Of a DNA stretch of 64,000 nt, positions 1 to 13,191 are shown one piece after another. Source of the stretch: Saccostrea echinata (lineage: Eukaryota); the NCBI RefSeq assembly GCF_033153115.1, contig NW_026889786.1, positions 1,364,001 through 1,428,000 on the forward strand, read 5' to 3'. Numbering within the stretch: position 1 is the stretch's first letter; each line of letters begins with the position of its first letter. A program made the translations under genes and the position numbers. The notes beneath the pieces were generated by a model that did not search any database, was not told the origin of the DNA, and saw only the letters and a program-made list of their open reading frames with translations.

Positions 1-511
1 TAGATATACCAATTTATTGACTAATACCCCGTGTACCATTTTCAACATTAATATAAAGTAGAGACTTAGTGCTTTCAGTTTATATAACAGAATTTCCTTT
101 GGAGAGTCCAGGCATTGAAAAACAGGTTGTGTGAAATTGCAATGTTATTGAATTTTGCAGAAAACAGGTGTTTTTGAGAACCTTCAGCAAAGAATTAAAA
201 TATGAGCACACCCCTCGATCCAAAAATTAAAATATGTTTTATAATCTTCATTAAAAGTTCTTCTATAATATATTTTCACATTTTGGATCGGAGGTTGTGC
301 TGTATACGAAATATTGAAAAATGGCATCATATTTTGTCCATTTTTGAAGAAATATTCAGGATATGTGAATAATGACGCAATTCATGACGTCATAATGCAT
401 TGACGAGAAAGAAAATTACGTCATTTTCAGTAGATATTCATTCACCAAGTGCTCAAGTATTATTTATTGCCTTGTTGACTAAAACTATACAATTTTAAAT
501 TTTCGGAAATT

Positions 512-1634
512 CACAGGGCCAGAAAAGGCCCCAAGTGGCTCTTGCTCTTTAGTCATGAAATTGCAAAAGTAGGTTACGGTGACCTACTTTTGGTCAATAC
601 ACTCTGAGGAGTCGAGATGCATCAACTGACTTAGTTTGATGATTCTAAGCCAATAAGTCTATGAAATATTTAAATTAAGTCATGAAATTGCAAAAGTAGG
701 TCAAAGTGACCTACTTTTTGGTTGACACACTCCAAGGACTCAAGATGCTTCAACTGACTAAGTTTGATGATCTTATGCTTCAAATTGTCCAAAATATGCC
801 CCTAAAACAATTTGAAAATTAATACCCGTTAAATTCCAAAAGTAGGTCACTGTGACCTACTTCTTGATAAATCTGTTTTAAGTCCCCTAGGTGCATCAAC
901 TTACAAGGTTTGATGATTCTAAACCTCTTAGTATCTGAAATAATGACCTTTAATATTTAGAAAATGATAAGCCATAAAATTCAGAAAGTCATGCTTACCT
1001 ACTTTTTGGTTGACACACTTTAAGATCCCATGATGCGTAAACTGACAAGTTTTGATGATCATAGGCTTCAAAGTATCCAAGTTATGCATCAAAATCAAAA
1101 TGAAAATGAATACCTGCAAATTTAAAAAGTAGGTCACTGTGACTTACTTTTGAGTCAACATGATATGAGGTCCGAAGATGCATCAACTGACAAGATTTCA
1201 TGATCCTAGGCCTTATAGTGGGCAAAATATAAAAGATTAAACAAAACATAAATTTTGGTCAACTTTGAAGTGACCTTGAGACCACGCTCTTTGCTCCAAG
1301 CTGATTCTGCGTGCAAATTTTTATTTACAACATATCCTCACCCTTGTATATAAGTTTGGTGATAATCTGCCCAGTGGTTCTTGAGAAGAAAATTTTTTAG
1401 CAACCACTACTTTTGTTTTTTATTTCCCTAATTATCTTCCCTTGTTTAAGGGACACATCCCTAGTTTTAGTAAAAATCAAAGCCCTTTGGCCAAGGATAC
1501 TCTGACAAATTCGATAAAATTGACCAAGGGGTTCTTGAGATATGGCCCATTTTCCAAAAAGTTTACGCACACCGGACACGGCACAAATGGCCATAGCATT
1601 AGCTCTTTGAGCCTTTGGCTCAGAAGAGCTAAAA
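512..1634 (-). mobile_element. Non-autonomous Helentron-like element with an internal tandem array of ~127-146-bp units
   Basis: On minus the 5' end reads TTTTAGCTCTTCTGAGCCAAAGGCTCAAAGAGCTAA (inverted repeat). About 5 units each carry the palindrome AAAAGTAGGTCAnnGTGACCTACTTT (cores near 581, 708, 854, 996, 1141). GGCC...GGCC hairpin at 516-530 marks the 3' end. Confidence 0.7.
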
Positions 1635-1647
1635 TATAAATTTAAAA

Positions 1648-2653
1648 CTAGAAATTCCATAGGACATGAATGTCCGTCGAGGGTATATTAGTAATGCAAC
1701 ATGAAAATTTGTATTAATGTATGAAATTTGATGAGAATATCTTGAATAGTTTCTTAAAAATTGAAATTGAAATCTAAAAAGTTGGATATAGATGATAAAT
1801 TCTCACCAAATTATGTTTAAGTGCATAAGCTTACATAAATATATCTTAAATGGTTTCTTTAAAATTAAGCAAAATGCAAATTTAAGAAAAGTGAGATCAA
1901 GGTCACAGGAAAGTTCAAAGTCAAACATTTTTGATGCAGTTGAATAGTTCTCGCAAATATGTATCAGCATATTAAGTTTGATAAAAATATTTTGAATGGT
2001 TTATTTAAACTGAGCTGAACATTAATTTAAAATAAATGAAGTTAAGGTCAAAGGAAAGGTCAAAAAATGTTGATACAGTTGAAAAGGTTACATCAGTATG
2101 TATTAGCATATGAAAATTGACACTAATTTAAGAAAAGTGAGGTCAAGGTCAAAGGAAAGGTCAAGGTCAAAAAATATTGATGCAGTTGAATAGCTCTCAC
2201 CAGTATGTATCAGCATATGAAGTTTGATAAAAATATCTTGAATGATTTCATTAAAACTGAGCTAAACACTAATTTAAGAAAAGTGAGGTCAAGGTCAAAG
2301 GAAAGATCAGGATCAAAAAATGTTGATGCAGTTGAATAGCTTACATCAGTATATATCAACATATGAAGTTTGATTACACTATCTTGAATGGTATCTTTAA
2401 AACAGAGCTAAACATTAATTTAAGAAAAGTGAGGACAAGGTCAAAGGAAAGGTGAAGGTCAAAAAATGTTGATGCAGTTGCATAGCTCTCATCAATATCT
2501 ATCAGCATATGAAGTTTGATAAAAATATCTTGGATAGTTTCTTTGAAACTGAGCTTTGAACAGAGCTAAACACAAAGCGTGACGGAAAGACAGACGGAAG
2601 ATGGATATGACAACACTATATGCCCCAGCCATATTCATGGTGGGGCATAAAAA
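1648..2653 (-). mobile_element. Second Helentron-like element with a ~146-bp tandem array
   Basis: Units AATTTAAGAAAAGTGAGGTCAAGGTCAAAGGAAAGGTCAAGGTCAAAAAATGTTGATGCAGTTGAATAG start near 1879, 2024, 2125, 2271, 2417. GACG/GACA microsatellite at 2580-2600. TATGCCCC...GGGGCATAAAAA inverted repeat at 2619-2653. Confidence 0.7.
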
Positions 2654-2909
2654 TAATAATAATGTCATGGTATGTTATATTTCAAGCTTTAAAGTCCTAT
2701 GAATTATGATTGATCTTTTGTATACCCTGTCAAGAGACCTTACGAAGAGTAAAAGATTTTCCAGGTGGAAACCAGGGAAAAAAGTATTTAGTTCCTTGTT
2801 TCCAAAGATACACTTACAAAACAACAGCACATTTCTGGGATTACATCGAATTACATGCATCAGAAGAATTAAATCATGTATTCTAACCAGATTTGTGTGT
2901 TGACCACTA

Positions 2910-3365
2910 CAGTAAAACTCAGTTATAGTCAAGTCCTGGGGACCTGTGAATTTACTATATGCTATTATCCATATTTTGTTATATCCGTATAAAGAAATTG
3001 TTAAATTATATGTAGAGAGTTCACAAAAAACATGTTTTCCTTTAAGTATGACAACCAAATACGTTAGTGGAAGAATTAAGTCAAAAATTGTCTCGTCGAA
3101 CTAAAATTTCAGACAAATTTAATTTCAAACATAAACTCTTCTGAAAAATGATGTCAGTTCAATACATAAAATTTTATGGATCTTAAAAATTCAGTACATT
3201 TTATTTTTGACTTCTTTTTGCTATATCCTTAAATTCATTATATTGGAGTTCATTATAACCATAAAAGTTTAGGAATTGTTAAAAATTTTGCTGGGGATCC
3301 CCAAAAACTTCATTATATATGTAAATTATTTCCTTTATCCATGTTCATACTAAATGAGTTTACTG
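2910..3365 (+). mobile_element. TA-flanked MITE (Tc1/mariner-pogo-like)
   Basis: TA|CAGTAAAACTC...GAGTTTACTG|TA termini. Related copies start near 38396 (to ~38860) and 55856 (fragment). Confidence 0.7.
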
Positions 3366-4189
3366 TACAAATATTACAGCAATGAAGCTTTTATGTTGTC
3401 AGCTTACTCTTTGGACTGGTAGGACTCTAGGACTGTTATACATGAGATCTGAGATGTGTGTAAAAACAAAGTTCAAGTTAGCATATGGGCCTTAGTTTAA
3501 TGCCACAACATTGAGTTTACCAACAGAAATTAAAGTAAAATTAGACATATTAGAATAAAGGTACATTGTACATCTTGATATTTTATCATCTAGTTTTTTA
3601 ACAACAGTAAAGTTTGGTTAAAAAAAAAAATAGAGTTTTCCAAGGAACGCATGTGTCGCCTGCTTTAAAGCATTGTTTAAAATGTAAATAAATTTAAGAA
3701 TAGCCAGATATTTATCTGCCACCAGTATTATAGTTCAAGCTTTTACATGCAAAGGAAAAAACATCCTGGGATAGAAACACTTCGACAGAATATAAAATAT
3801 GACAACTAAACAAATACATGTATATGATTTCCTAACCCTCAAGATAAAATGAATAATGAAATTGAAATTATTAGAAATACTTATTTGTCATTTTATTCAT
3901 TGTTTAATCCAATGTGACTACAAAAATTTCAGTCTGTCTTTAAAGCAATTGTCAGTCTGCAACTTTATTTGCACTCGGAGCTCCTCGGATGGCTCATGCC
4001 TTGCACACTATATATGAAGCCTCGCGGAATCAGCCGAGGATTGCCGATTGCTTTATTTGAAATACAATCCATTTTGGTATACTGATCTTGATGCGTTTTC
4101 TAAGTATTTTAAGTTCATTTTGTGTAGTAACTGTATAAAATACAGTTTCAAAGTACAGTGTCACAAATTCATAAACATGTGATATATAT

Positions 4190-4607
4190 ATAAACTATGC
4201 ATGCCTCTCATAATTCAAAAGACAGGTTATAAATCAACCTTCTGAATATTTTTGCAAAGGAGGCCAAAGGTCTAGGTCAAGTGGACTGTCACACTTGTAT
4301 TTTTAATATCTTATGACAAACAGTACGCATGCTTAATAGAACAGCCTTACCTCTTTAATGTCAAAAGATAAGCTGTGTATCGGCTCTATGAACCATTTTG
4401 AAAAGTAGGTCACAGATCAAGTTCAAAGGTCACGAGGTCATGCAGTAACCATGGTATTTTATAAAAGCCATAGTGCCAAGCAATATATGTGCAAAATATC
4501 ATCTCTTATAGTTCTGGAGATATAAGGTGTAACAGATGGACGGATGAATGGACAGACAGAAATTGGGTAAAGTGATCCCTAAGTGTCACTCTGCAGGTGA
4601 CATAAAA
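4190..4607 (-). mobile_element. Degenerate Helentron-like element fragment
   Basis: GATGGACGGATGAATGGACAGACAGA microsatellite followed by the TGTCAC...GTGACATAAAAA inverted repeat; AAAAGTAGGTCA/GGTCA motifs shared with neighbouring elements. Left boundary uncertain. Confidence 0.5.
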
Positions 4608-5113
4608 ATCAGTAAGAAACAAAGATAAAGATACATGTACCATTTATTATGCAGATTTGCAAATAAAGCATGGATCAAAATTGATGTGTAAATATTTAAT
4701 TCTAAATAGTACATTTCAGCCCAACTTTTAGTGGATGCAGCAAAGCAAGAGTCTAATTGTGGTGAAAAAAATGTTTGCTTGGGGGAATGTTTTAAGGATC
4801 AACATTACAAAAAAATAATGAACATTATACATCAATTCATAATAAACTAGCAAAAGTATTTTTAACTGGATTTCAAGAAGATAATTACAACATGATGTCA
4901 TTTCTCATGAATGAACATGTATTTATTTATAAAGAATAGCAGCAAATAAAACTTCTCCCAAAATTGCTTCCCCTTAATTCAAGATTTTCTAAATCTAAAT
5001 CTAAATCTAAAAGCTTCAGCTCTGCTGAAAATTGATTAATCCTAGATTAACAGATGGACTGAAATTACACACACTGTAAATAGATAAAAATATCATGATT
5101 TCAGTGATGTTAA

Positions 5114-5272
5114 ACAGTCAAACCTCATTATCTTGAACTCAACGGGACTAAATTAATCTAAGAGATATCTGAGGATTCCAGATAACGAGGTTAAAAAAGA
5201 AAGAAACAGTGGTTGGAACTGCCAAATCACTTCAACATATCCCTGGTGTCCAAGATTAAGAAGTTCAGTTGT
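5114..5272 (+). mobile_element. ~160-180-bp MITE of the CAGTCAAACCTC family
   Basis: CAGTCAAACCTCATTATCTTGAACTC...AAGTTCAGTTGTA. The same family occurs near 22749-22885, 34365-34717 (several pieces) and 38107-38281 (minus). Confidence 0.7.
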
Positions 5273-6723
5273 ATCAGTATTTTGTGAAAATGTTCCAGTT
5301 AATGTCATTTTGTAAGTTAATCATATAGCCTGATAACTATTTCTACATACATATACTGATATATTTTCTGTTTATCTTAAATGTAAAATAAATAAAATTT
5401 ACAGACATGAATCACTGATAAAAATCTCTACTGATTAAGTATCTTTCCATGCAATGTTACTACTACTACTAATAACAAATGTGTTTTACAGTCTGATACA
5501 TCAATTATGAATTAAAACAAGTGATAAATCAGTAATACATTGTACATTATCAAAAATAGGAACACAACCATTTAGTAGATATATAATTTTTAAAATAAGT
5601 CATTAATATACACCAATGCCTCTATTCTTCCAAATGTTAGCTAATGCATACTTAAAACTTACCAAGTTAGGTTGATTTGTAGGAGAGAGAGAGAACTGAA
5701 AATTCTTAAGGGATATTACTCATCCAGCAAAAATGCATTTTCAATATTTACAATTGCCCAAAGAGATTTTTGAATTCAAGTATTTTCTGATTTCTGTGGT
5801 CTAATTTTTTCTTTGAACTTTGAGGTTATAAATTTTATATAGAAAGCTTTCTGAATTTGAAATATCAGAGCAAGGACCTCTGTTGGTAGAGTATGGAAAA
5901 CAGTAATATATATAATGTATATAACGGTCAAATTGTGCAGAATAAGTACATGTATATGATAAAACATAAGTAAATTACCACATCTTACAACATGTATGGC
6001 TTCCTTTCTTCAACTATTGCTATAATTACATGTATAACACAAGGAATGTCACAAAAACCATAACAAACAATCCCAACACAACAAATTGCATTGCTTCCCA
6101 TTATTTTCCCTGATTTATTCATGTATGCATATTCAAAAATTCTACATTCAAATACACAACTGTTAAAAACAGCTGGAGTCACTTCTCTGACCTTAAATAC
6201 ATCTTGTTTCATTTTTTCCTTCCTGAGCAAAATTTTTACCAAAATAATGCCCTCACTCACAACCCAGACCAGATTTATATAACTTTGACAGCTGTATGAT
6301 ATCAGCATTTTGCTTGCAACATTGTGCCAAAAATTCACATTTCTACCGATATTACTCACACATTGACTAGAAAAGGGTTTCAAACAAATTAATAAAAGAA
6401 TCACAGTGCTCAGTGCAAAAATGCATGTACATGTACCATCTTTTCTAAAGGTAAAATTTTTGTTGATATCTTTCAGAAATCTTCAACCTCAACAAATAAA
6501 GATGTTTTAAAGCTTCTTATTATGAGATTCAGATCATTCTTCTTGGTTTCCATTCTTTGACAGCTGACAGTCTTGTTAAGATAGTGTTTATACATCTAAT
6601 TCTACTTACAGAGAATTGCTTCCAAACACTGTACAATAAATACTTTCTATTTCTTACTTTAATACTTTAAACAATAAATACATGCAAAATGTATATCAAA
6701 TTATTTCCCTATCTTGATATATG

Positions 6724-9700
6724 TCATACATCATCAAATATTCCCCTTGGAGGTGCACTAGAAGTCTTTGAACTAAATCTGCTGGATCTGAGTGATGAAG
6801 TCCGCTGATATCCTTGCGAAAAATCACTAAAAGGGTCAGTTGTGCTTGGCAGTTCACCTGTGTAGTCTATTGGTTCTGCCTCCTTCAGCAGCTCGGTTTT
6901 GTCATTGTCATCCGGGCTTCTTGCCAATGTTTCCCTCTCCCTTTCTCTATCAGCTAGAATACATGTACAACACCAGATATGTACACATATTTCACTTTGA
7001 AAATGCATCTCATGCTTTTTTTTTATGCACATGTACAAGTATCATATATTTTAAATTATGTGAGTAACTCTCTTTAAAAATGAAGCAAGAATGATTTGCC
7101 TTTATTTCCTACCTCTGGATCCAATAATTCGGTCAGAGGACTGGGAAGTTGTTCCAAATCTTTCTGTCCACTCACGCCTTCTTTCTGCACTATCATGTTT
7201 TCTATCACGACTCCTCTTTTCTGTAAGTATAAAATATTTTTGTGTTTTTTAAGAGTTATTGACAAACAAGTACACAAAATAATTTCCTAATTTATCCATA
7301 CACATGCACTACACAACATTTTTAAAGTTGTTAAAAATCATAATGTCCATAAAGTGAGAGAAATTATAATGAGGAAGTTTGTGTATGAAAAATGCCCTTC
7401 CCATATCAAAATTCACCAAATATGCCTATATCCTGGTTATACGTAAAGATTGTTTCATTCAGACTCAGACCAAACAAAAGATATTCTGTTTTGTCTAACC
7501 TCTCTGAACAATCTGTCTCCCCTCATCCACCAGCTCCTGGGTCATGTCATCATCCCCAATAAACTGCTGGACCCCCAGAAAATGGAGGATACGACTCCCC
7601 AGGCTGAAGAATGTACAGATACACAGCAGGACCAATATCATAGGAAAGTAAATGTTAAAGCCATCCGAGATAAATGATATTACGTCCATGTGGCCCATGA
7701 TCTGTCAAAACATAATGGATTTAGATATATAAACAATGCAGCTTGCCAGATCTAGTGGTCCTTTTTCAACTTACATACAACTTATTTGCATATTTACAAA
7801 GTTTTTATGAAAACAATAATAAAATGGATAATTTTATCATTTTCAGACCTGTGTGTATGATGTTTCCTCAAGGTTATCCTCCTTTGTGATGTGGCTGTCA
7901 AGATGAATCAAGCCCAGGAAATTCAAACACATAGGCGGGGTCAATCTACATAGCATCCTACAAGACAACAAAAGTTAACAAGATAATACACTTAATAACA
8001 AGTTTCATGTTGAATACAATTCGGTACTTGATCACCGAAAATACAACAGGAATACAGAGAGAAAAAAAAGCCTTAAAACAAAAGCAGAAAGTTCAAATTC
8101 TGGTATATAACTCATACAGTAAGAATAATCTGCTATAAAAGAGCTACAGTTTATTTACCTCAGTTCAAATTTGCAATTACATGTGTAAGCAAGTAGCCAG
8201 GATTATTCAAAGTTTATGCTGAAGATCAAAAAAAGACTCCTAATGCAATGTTTAATTTTGATGCTGAATTCCATTACAAGAAATTATAAGTTTCCACAGC
8301 TAATAATGATAATTATCAAGCTCAAAATTAGGTCTTTAAAGGTTTACCCAAAGCAGGTAAATTTGCACAATACATGGTATTTGTAACTGCATACATGTAC
8401 ATGCCAGTGAACATAAGACTGCATTCATTAGTCTGATCGTGTTTTGATATACAAGATTACAAGATTTATTAGTCCAATTTGGGCCCCCGGAGGAGCAAAA
8501 AAAATTTACAAACATGAAACAAAGAAGGAGGAAGATCCAAATGATAGAACAAACATGATCCTAAATATAATGAGCAGTGCTTAATTGTATAATCATTGAT
8601 AAATGCATCTACAAGAGATATATACGAGTATATATATTGTATTATAATAATAATATATAGTCAAGTAGCTGGAAAGATACATATATGCATATCAAAGAAA
8701 AGAAGAGATGATATATTGCCATTCCTACATGTATATACATCCCCAAATATATTTAAATTTTTCAGTTAAGGTAGATATATATAGTATAATTTGAGTATTT
8801 CTCTAGTTTCTCTGAGAGATGATATTTGTAGTACCGGTACATACATGCCAGTGAACATAAGACTGAATTCATCAGTCTGATGGTGTGGTGCTATGTAGTA
8901 CAAGTTGAGTATTCGGATCTGGAACACGCTGTAGTAAGCACAGAAGCAGAGGTAGGCAATAATCAAAATGGATGACAACTGAAAACAAGAGTAACCTATC
9001 TGGTTATACATAACATAGCAGCTAGAGCAAGAGACACATTCTCCTTCATGTATGCAAAATCTGGAGGAAAAAAATAATGAACCATCATAGCACTTACAAT
9101 GTTTTGCAAATTTTGATTTCATCTTTCATTAGATTTTTAAAAAAATTCCTTGTCTTTAATATTAAACATCTATTCATTCAGTTTGATTAAACTTTTACCT
9201 CTATAAAAACATAATCATAGTTATGTTTTGCAGCATTGATGAAGATGGCAAACAGTGAAAGGACAGGGTCCTTCACAAAAAAGAGACATTCTGACCAAAC
9301 CACCATAAAAGTCACAATGGCAAGCAGGATACCACACACCCTCATCAACCAGAAATAAACCTTACACCGCCAGTACCACTCTAAATATAAAACATAATAA
9401 TCTTTTGAATTTTGTAATCCAATAAATGCACATCTCTTTACTTTCTTAGTGTGTGCACAAAAAAAAATCTCTGTGACAAATTTCCTCTATTTCTTTCAGT
9501 GTGTAGCATTTACACTTTACATTAAAGTACTTTATATTCACAAATTAGAATCATTTTGTGTAAAACATACAGAGAGACATAGAATTTTTAATACCTGTTT
9601 AATAAATTCCTGCGTCAGCTATGTCAACTACAGGTAAGTACAAAATATATACAAAAAATAACTTAACACCTGTTTTATAAACTGCATCAAATACAATGTG

Positions 9701-11835
9701 CCAACATACCCACTAAAGGTGTGTACACAATGCGTACAAAAGCTGGCAGTGCAGAGGTGGAATGTTGTGATCTCTGGAATTTACGAGTTGCACTCTGTTC
9801 ATTCTTTTCCACATCTTCCAAATCAATGGCTTTCTGCATCAGGGAGTTCCACTGTGCATGTGTACGATGGTGGTTTTGGGAGTCCCGAATGACTCGCTTG
9901 TGGAGTCTCACAAGCGTTTTTTCATTAGGAATGTCTACACTGCTCCTATTGTAATCTTCGTAGTCGTCATTATTCTGCTTAACAGAGTGACGCATTGTCT
10001 CAGGACACTGTACGAAGACAAATACATGTATTTATTAATTAAGAGTCTTATTTCCTTTTACAATGTATTTACTACTGTATTTGGAATTCACTTTTTTAAT
10101 TACTTTCCAGATTTTTCTGTATCTTTGTAAAAAAACATTGATGATGTTTATCTCATTTTTATCAGTTAGGAACAAAGTCACTCTGACTTACCTTAAGTAA
10201 AATTGTATCAACATGCTTTCTCAAAGGGTGGTTATATTTAATCTTCTCCGAAACCTTTTTGATCTCCTAATAAATCAAAAAAAAAATTAAAACTTTACCA
10301 TGGAGAAAAAACAAAATTAAAAAATAAAAAAATATTTCAAGTTACTGCAAGGACACTATATCAGTCCAAGACTGTTTTTTTTTTCTTCCTTTTTTTTTTC
10401 TAAACTTACATCCAAGACATCTTCCAAAGCTTCATCTGCTTCTGTTTTATCAGTGCTTAGTTTGGAGATCTTGAAATATGTTTTAGACAGGACAAATCCC
10501 TTTTTGCAGCTGTTGTACACAGACCTAGGTACCTCCACCAAACCATAACCAAGCAACAGAATCAACAAAAAGAGACCCCATGTATTGCTGGCTGTTATTC
10601 CTATCACCTTTAATCTTTCTCTAAAAAAGACAAAACTTAAGTCAAGTTCACAATAACAGTACACTATCGTATAGTATTTCCTTCAAAAGATCTTCAGACA
10701 TCTCAATTTTTAGAAAATTCTACTTATATTAAATGAAATGAAATATTGATAATTTCAAATTAATATTGATATGTCAAATGGCCAAATAATCATTTACTTA
10801 TATGTTATGAAAATTTTGAGTTCTTACGCATCAACTTGGAGGTCTGCTTTGGCAACAACATAAATCAAGCACACTCCAAATATGAGTAAATAAGAACCAT
10901 AATATATGGCATTTTCTATCAGGGCAGTCTTAATCTTGCCAGCCACAGTGAAATCACCAGCTGTGGAATAGGACTGCATAAGTGGTAAAATTATCCTGGA
11001 AAATAACAGAATTTCTGGTAAAACATCACAATTTTCTTCAAATATACTGCACTGTTTAATATTTATAGTATGATTAACAATTGTTGTTTTAAAAGGGGGG
11101 ACTTTTATTTTTAAAAATTCCTTTATTTTCCTTGATTATGCAAAGCCTTACATGCATTTACACTCATAACTGGCAGTATTTTTAAAAAATCCAGTCTAGA
11201 TACATACCATGTTAACAGTTGTGATGTCCAATAAACCACTTGCCAAAGTGTGGGTAAAACATTTTCTGGAACGTGGCTGAGTGGAATTTCACATGGAGAA
11301 TCATGAACTTGACTGAAGATCTGTAATGCAGGTGTTGAAGATGCAGGAGTTGTTGATGTGTTTCGATCTGCCGTTGTTGTTATATTAGAGGATTTGGGTG
11401 TTGTTGTCAGAATTTTTGTGGCTTTGTCTTTAAAGCATTGTCGATAAAATGTCTGCCATGAAAAAGAGATGAATTTTATACCCATAATACATGTATATTA
11501 ATTTACTCAATCATATTCAAATATTTCACAAGATGTATATGAAAATTTGAAAGTAATTTTCATTTCTTTTGTAAATTCATTTTAAGTTATTACTTTATTT
11601 GATACTTATAAAATACAGCATTTTTATAATAGATAAAAAAATTAGACTAATTTTAACTTACAGAAGAGACATCCAGTGGCAGTACAAATATGATGAGAAA
11701 TGAAAAGTACCAAGCGATAAAGGTTGTTAAAGTTGTTAAAATATTCTGCTTTCTTAGATCACCATAACGATGTAACAAGAAAGCTGCCAAGCAGCAAGTA
11801 CAAATCACTTCAATTACCAACGGTCCTGCACTCAT
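6724..11835 (-). CDS. LMBRD2: LMBR1 domain-containing protein 2 (multi-pass membrane protein), 12 coding exons
   Basis: Exons (minus): 11835-11662, 11452-11208, 10995-10828, 10620-10410, 10266-10192, 10007-9710, 9380-9199, 8978-8845, 7957-7849, 7701-7500, 7220-7113, 6953-6724, with GT-AG introns. Peptides [10 protein letters not shown]...[77 protein letters not shown] and the C-terminus PPRGIFDDV match LMBRD2 as I recall it. Confidence 0.95.
8396..8455 (-). pseudogene. Degenerate intronic copy of the 3' part of LMBRD2 exon 8
   Basis: ACATGCCAGTGAACATAAGACTGCATTCATTAGTCTGATCGTGT (8399-) versus exon ACATGCCAGTGAACATAAGACTGAATTCATCAGTCTGATGGTGT (8843-). Confidence 0.85.
8451..8700 (-). mobile_element. 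Probable 3' tail of a LINE or LINE-dependent element
   Basis: Minus strand reads ...GCTCCTCCGGGGGCCCAAATTGGACTAATAAATCTTGTAATCTTGT: GC-rich segment, AATAAA, then a short tandem tail, as in CR1/L2-clade 3' ends. The 5' boundary is approximate. Confidence 0.5.
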
Positions 11836-12150
11836 CTTGCAAACTGTTTAATAATAAAAAATAGATACATAAATAAAAAAAATTATCAACTGTCATTTTT
11901 TTTATATATCAAATGAATCATACAGACCAAGGATATTTTATCTGAACGTCTTTTGCTTTCTTAGTATTATGTTTTACATGTTTATCAACATTAAGAGATG
12001 TTACCAATTTTCATATTAAATCAATATTATCCACATATTATATTACATGTGCAAAGCCAAAGGGCACCTGTGAAAATATATGCCTTCCAGCGACAAAACT
12101 AATGCAAAGCACCAAAGAAAATCCTAAATATAACTTGTAGAATGTCTTAC

Positions 12151-12640
12151 CGTGGAAACTGACCGGTTCCCAATTTGAATTTTTAATATATTACATAAGA
12201 AACTGTCAATATTTTCCATCTTCTGGTTTTGGCAGCTGAAGAGGTATGACGTGTCTAGGTAAGTCGTACTATGAAGGCATCGGGTAAAACTAGTAAATAT
12301 GAATATTAATCGGATCGGGCTCGTGCTTACTGTTGATGGAGCAGACGGAATATTCATGTTAGGCCTTGCTTAGTGTTTTTAGATAACCATTCGGTTTCTT
12401 ACTTAATTACATTGAAGGAAAAGGTTTAAAGTTACTTACAAAATTTGGATGAGCATCATCGGAAATTTTGTTGCGTTTTATTTTTATCAGCACATCGACA
12501 TTCCAGAGCTGCTGTAACTTTTTATTTTTCGCTTTAGGGTAGGTCTGATCACCCGTGATCGACCAGGTACCTAATAGAGCTGCTGTAACCTTTTATTCTT
12601 CGCTTTAGGGTAGATCTGATCATCCGAGACCAGGTACCCA
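12151..12640 (-). promoter_or_regulatory. Putative LMBRD2 promoter and non-coding first exon(s)
   Basis: Locally CpG-richer region. Minus-strand donors CG|GTAAGA (12150) and TT|GTAAGT (12439) lie upstream of the coding-exon acceptor near 11845. Confidence 0.45.
12505..12639. repeat. Two-copy direct repeat, ~71-bp period
   Basis: AGAGCTGCTGTAAC(T/C)TTTTATT...TCGCTTTAGGGTAG(G/A)TCTGATCA...GACCAGGTACC at 12505 and 12576. Confidence 0.9.
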
Positions 12641-13191
12641 ACGGATGCTGGATTGTTAAATTCAATTTGAGTCTCATAGACTCGAGTTCGAATACTGATC
12701 CTAGTGTGACATTTTCTTTCCCAACACAGGCCCTCAAAATGCTTCTATTTACCTAGCTGCTACCATATTGGCTTGTTTGGATCTTTTGCATCATTTACTT
12801 TATCTGTTTATGTATCCATGCAGCATTTTTTTTAATTTGCCAAGAAAATGGTTTATGATTTCAGTGCATCAGTTAAATAAGTAACTTCATTGTCATAAGA
12901 ATATACATGTAGCATTCTTTTAGTGACCAGTCATAATGGTGAGGGGAAAAGAAACAAGGTTAGCAGAAATCAGCTTCACCATTGATGAAGAGGACTTCAG
13001 AAGCAAAGGAAGGGGCAATTTAACAGATTATGAAGAAGGGGGAAACTGCTCCAAACAGAAACAGAGTTTGAGAAGATTAAGTTTAAAATGTAATATTAAC
13101 TTGCATGTTTTCCAATTATAAATATAAAATTTTTTCTTCAGTGTGATTTTTTCCCTTTAAATATTATCTTCAAATGACTTCAATAACGATA

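Noticed and set aside
928-6404. Short ORFs in the first 6.4 kb
   Set aside because: They fall in repeats or probable 3' UTR/intergenic DNA, with no recognisable domains or splice-consistent structure.
7164-7175. 12-nt GT...AG micro-intron in LMBRD2
   Set aside because: Too short for spliceosomal excision, and the sequence encodes the conserved-looking REWTE motif.
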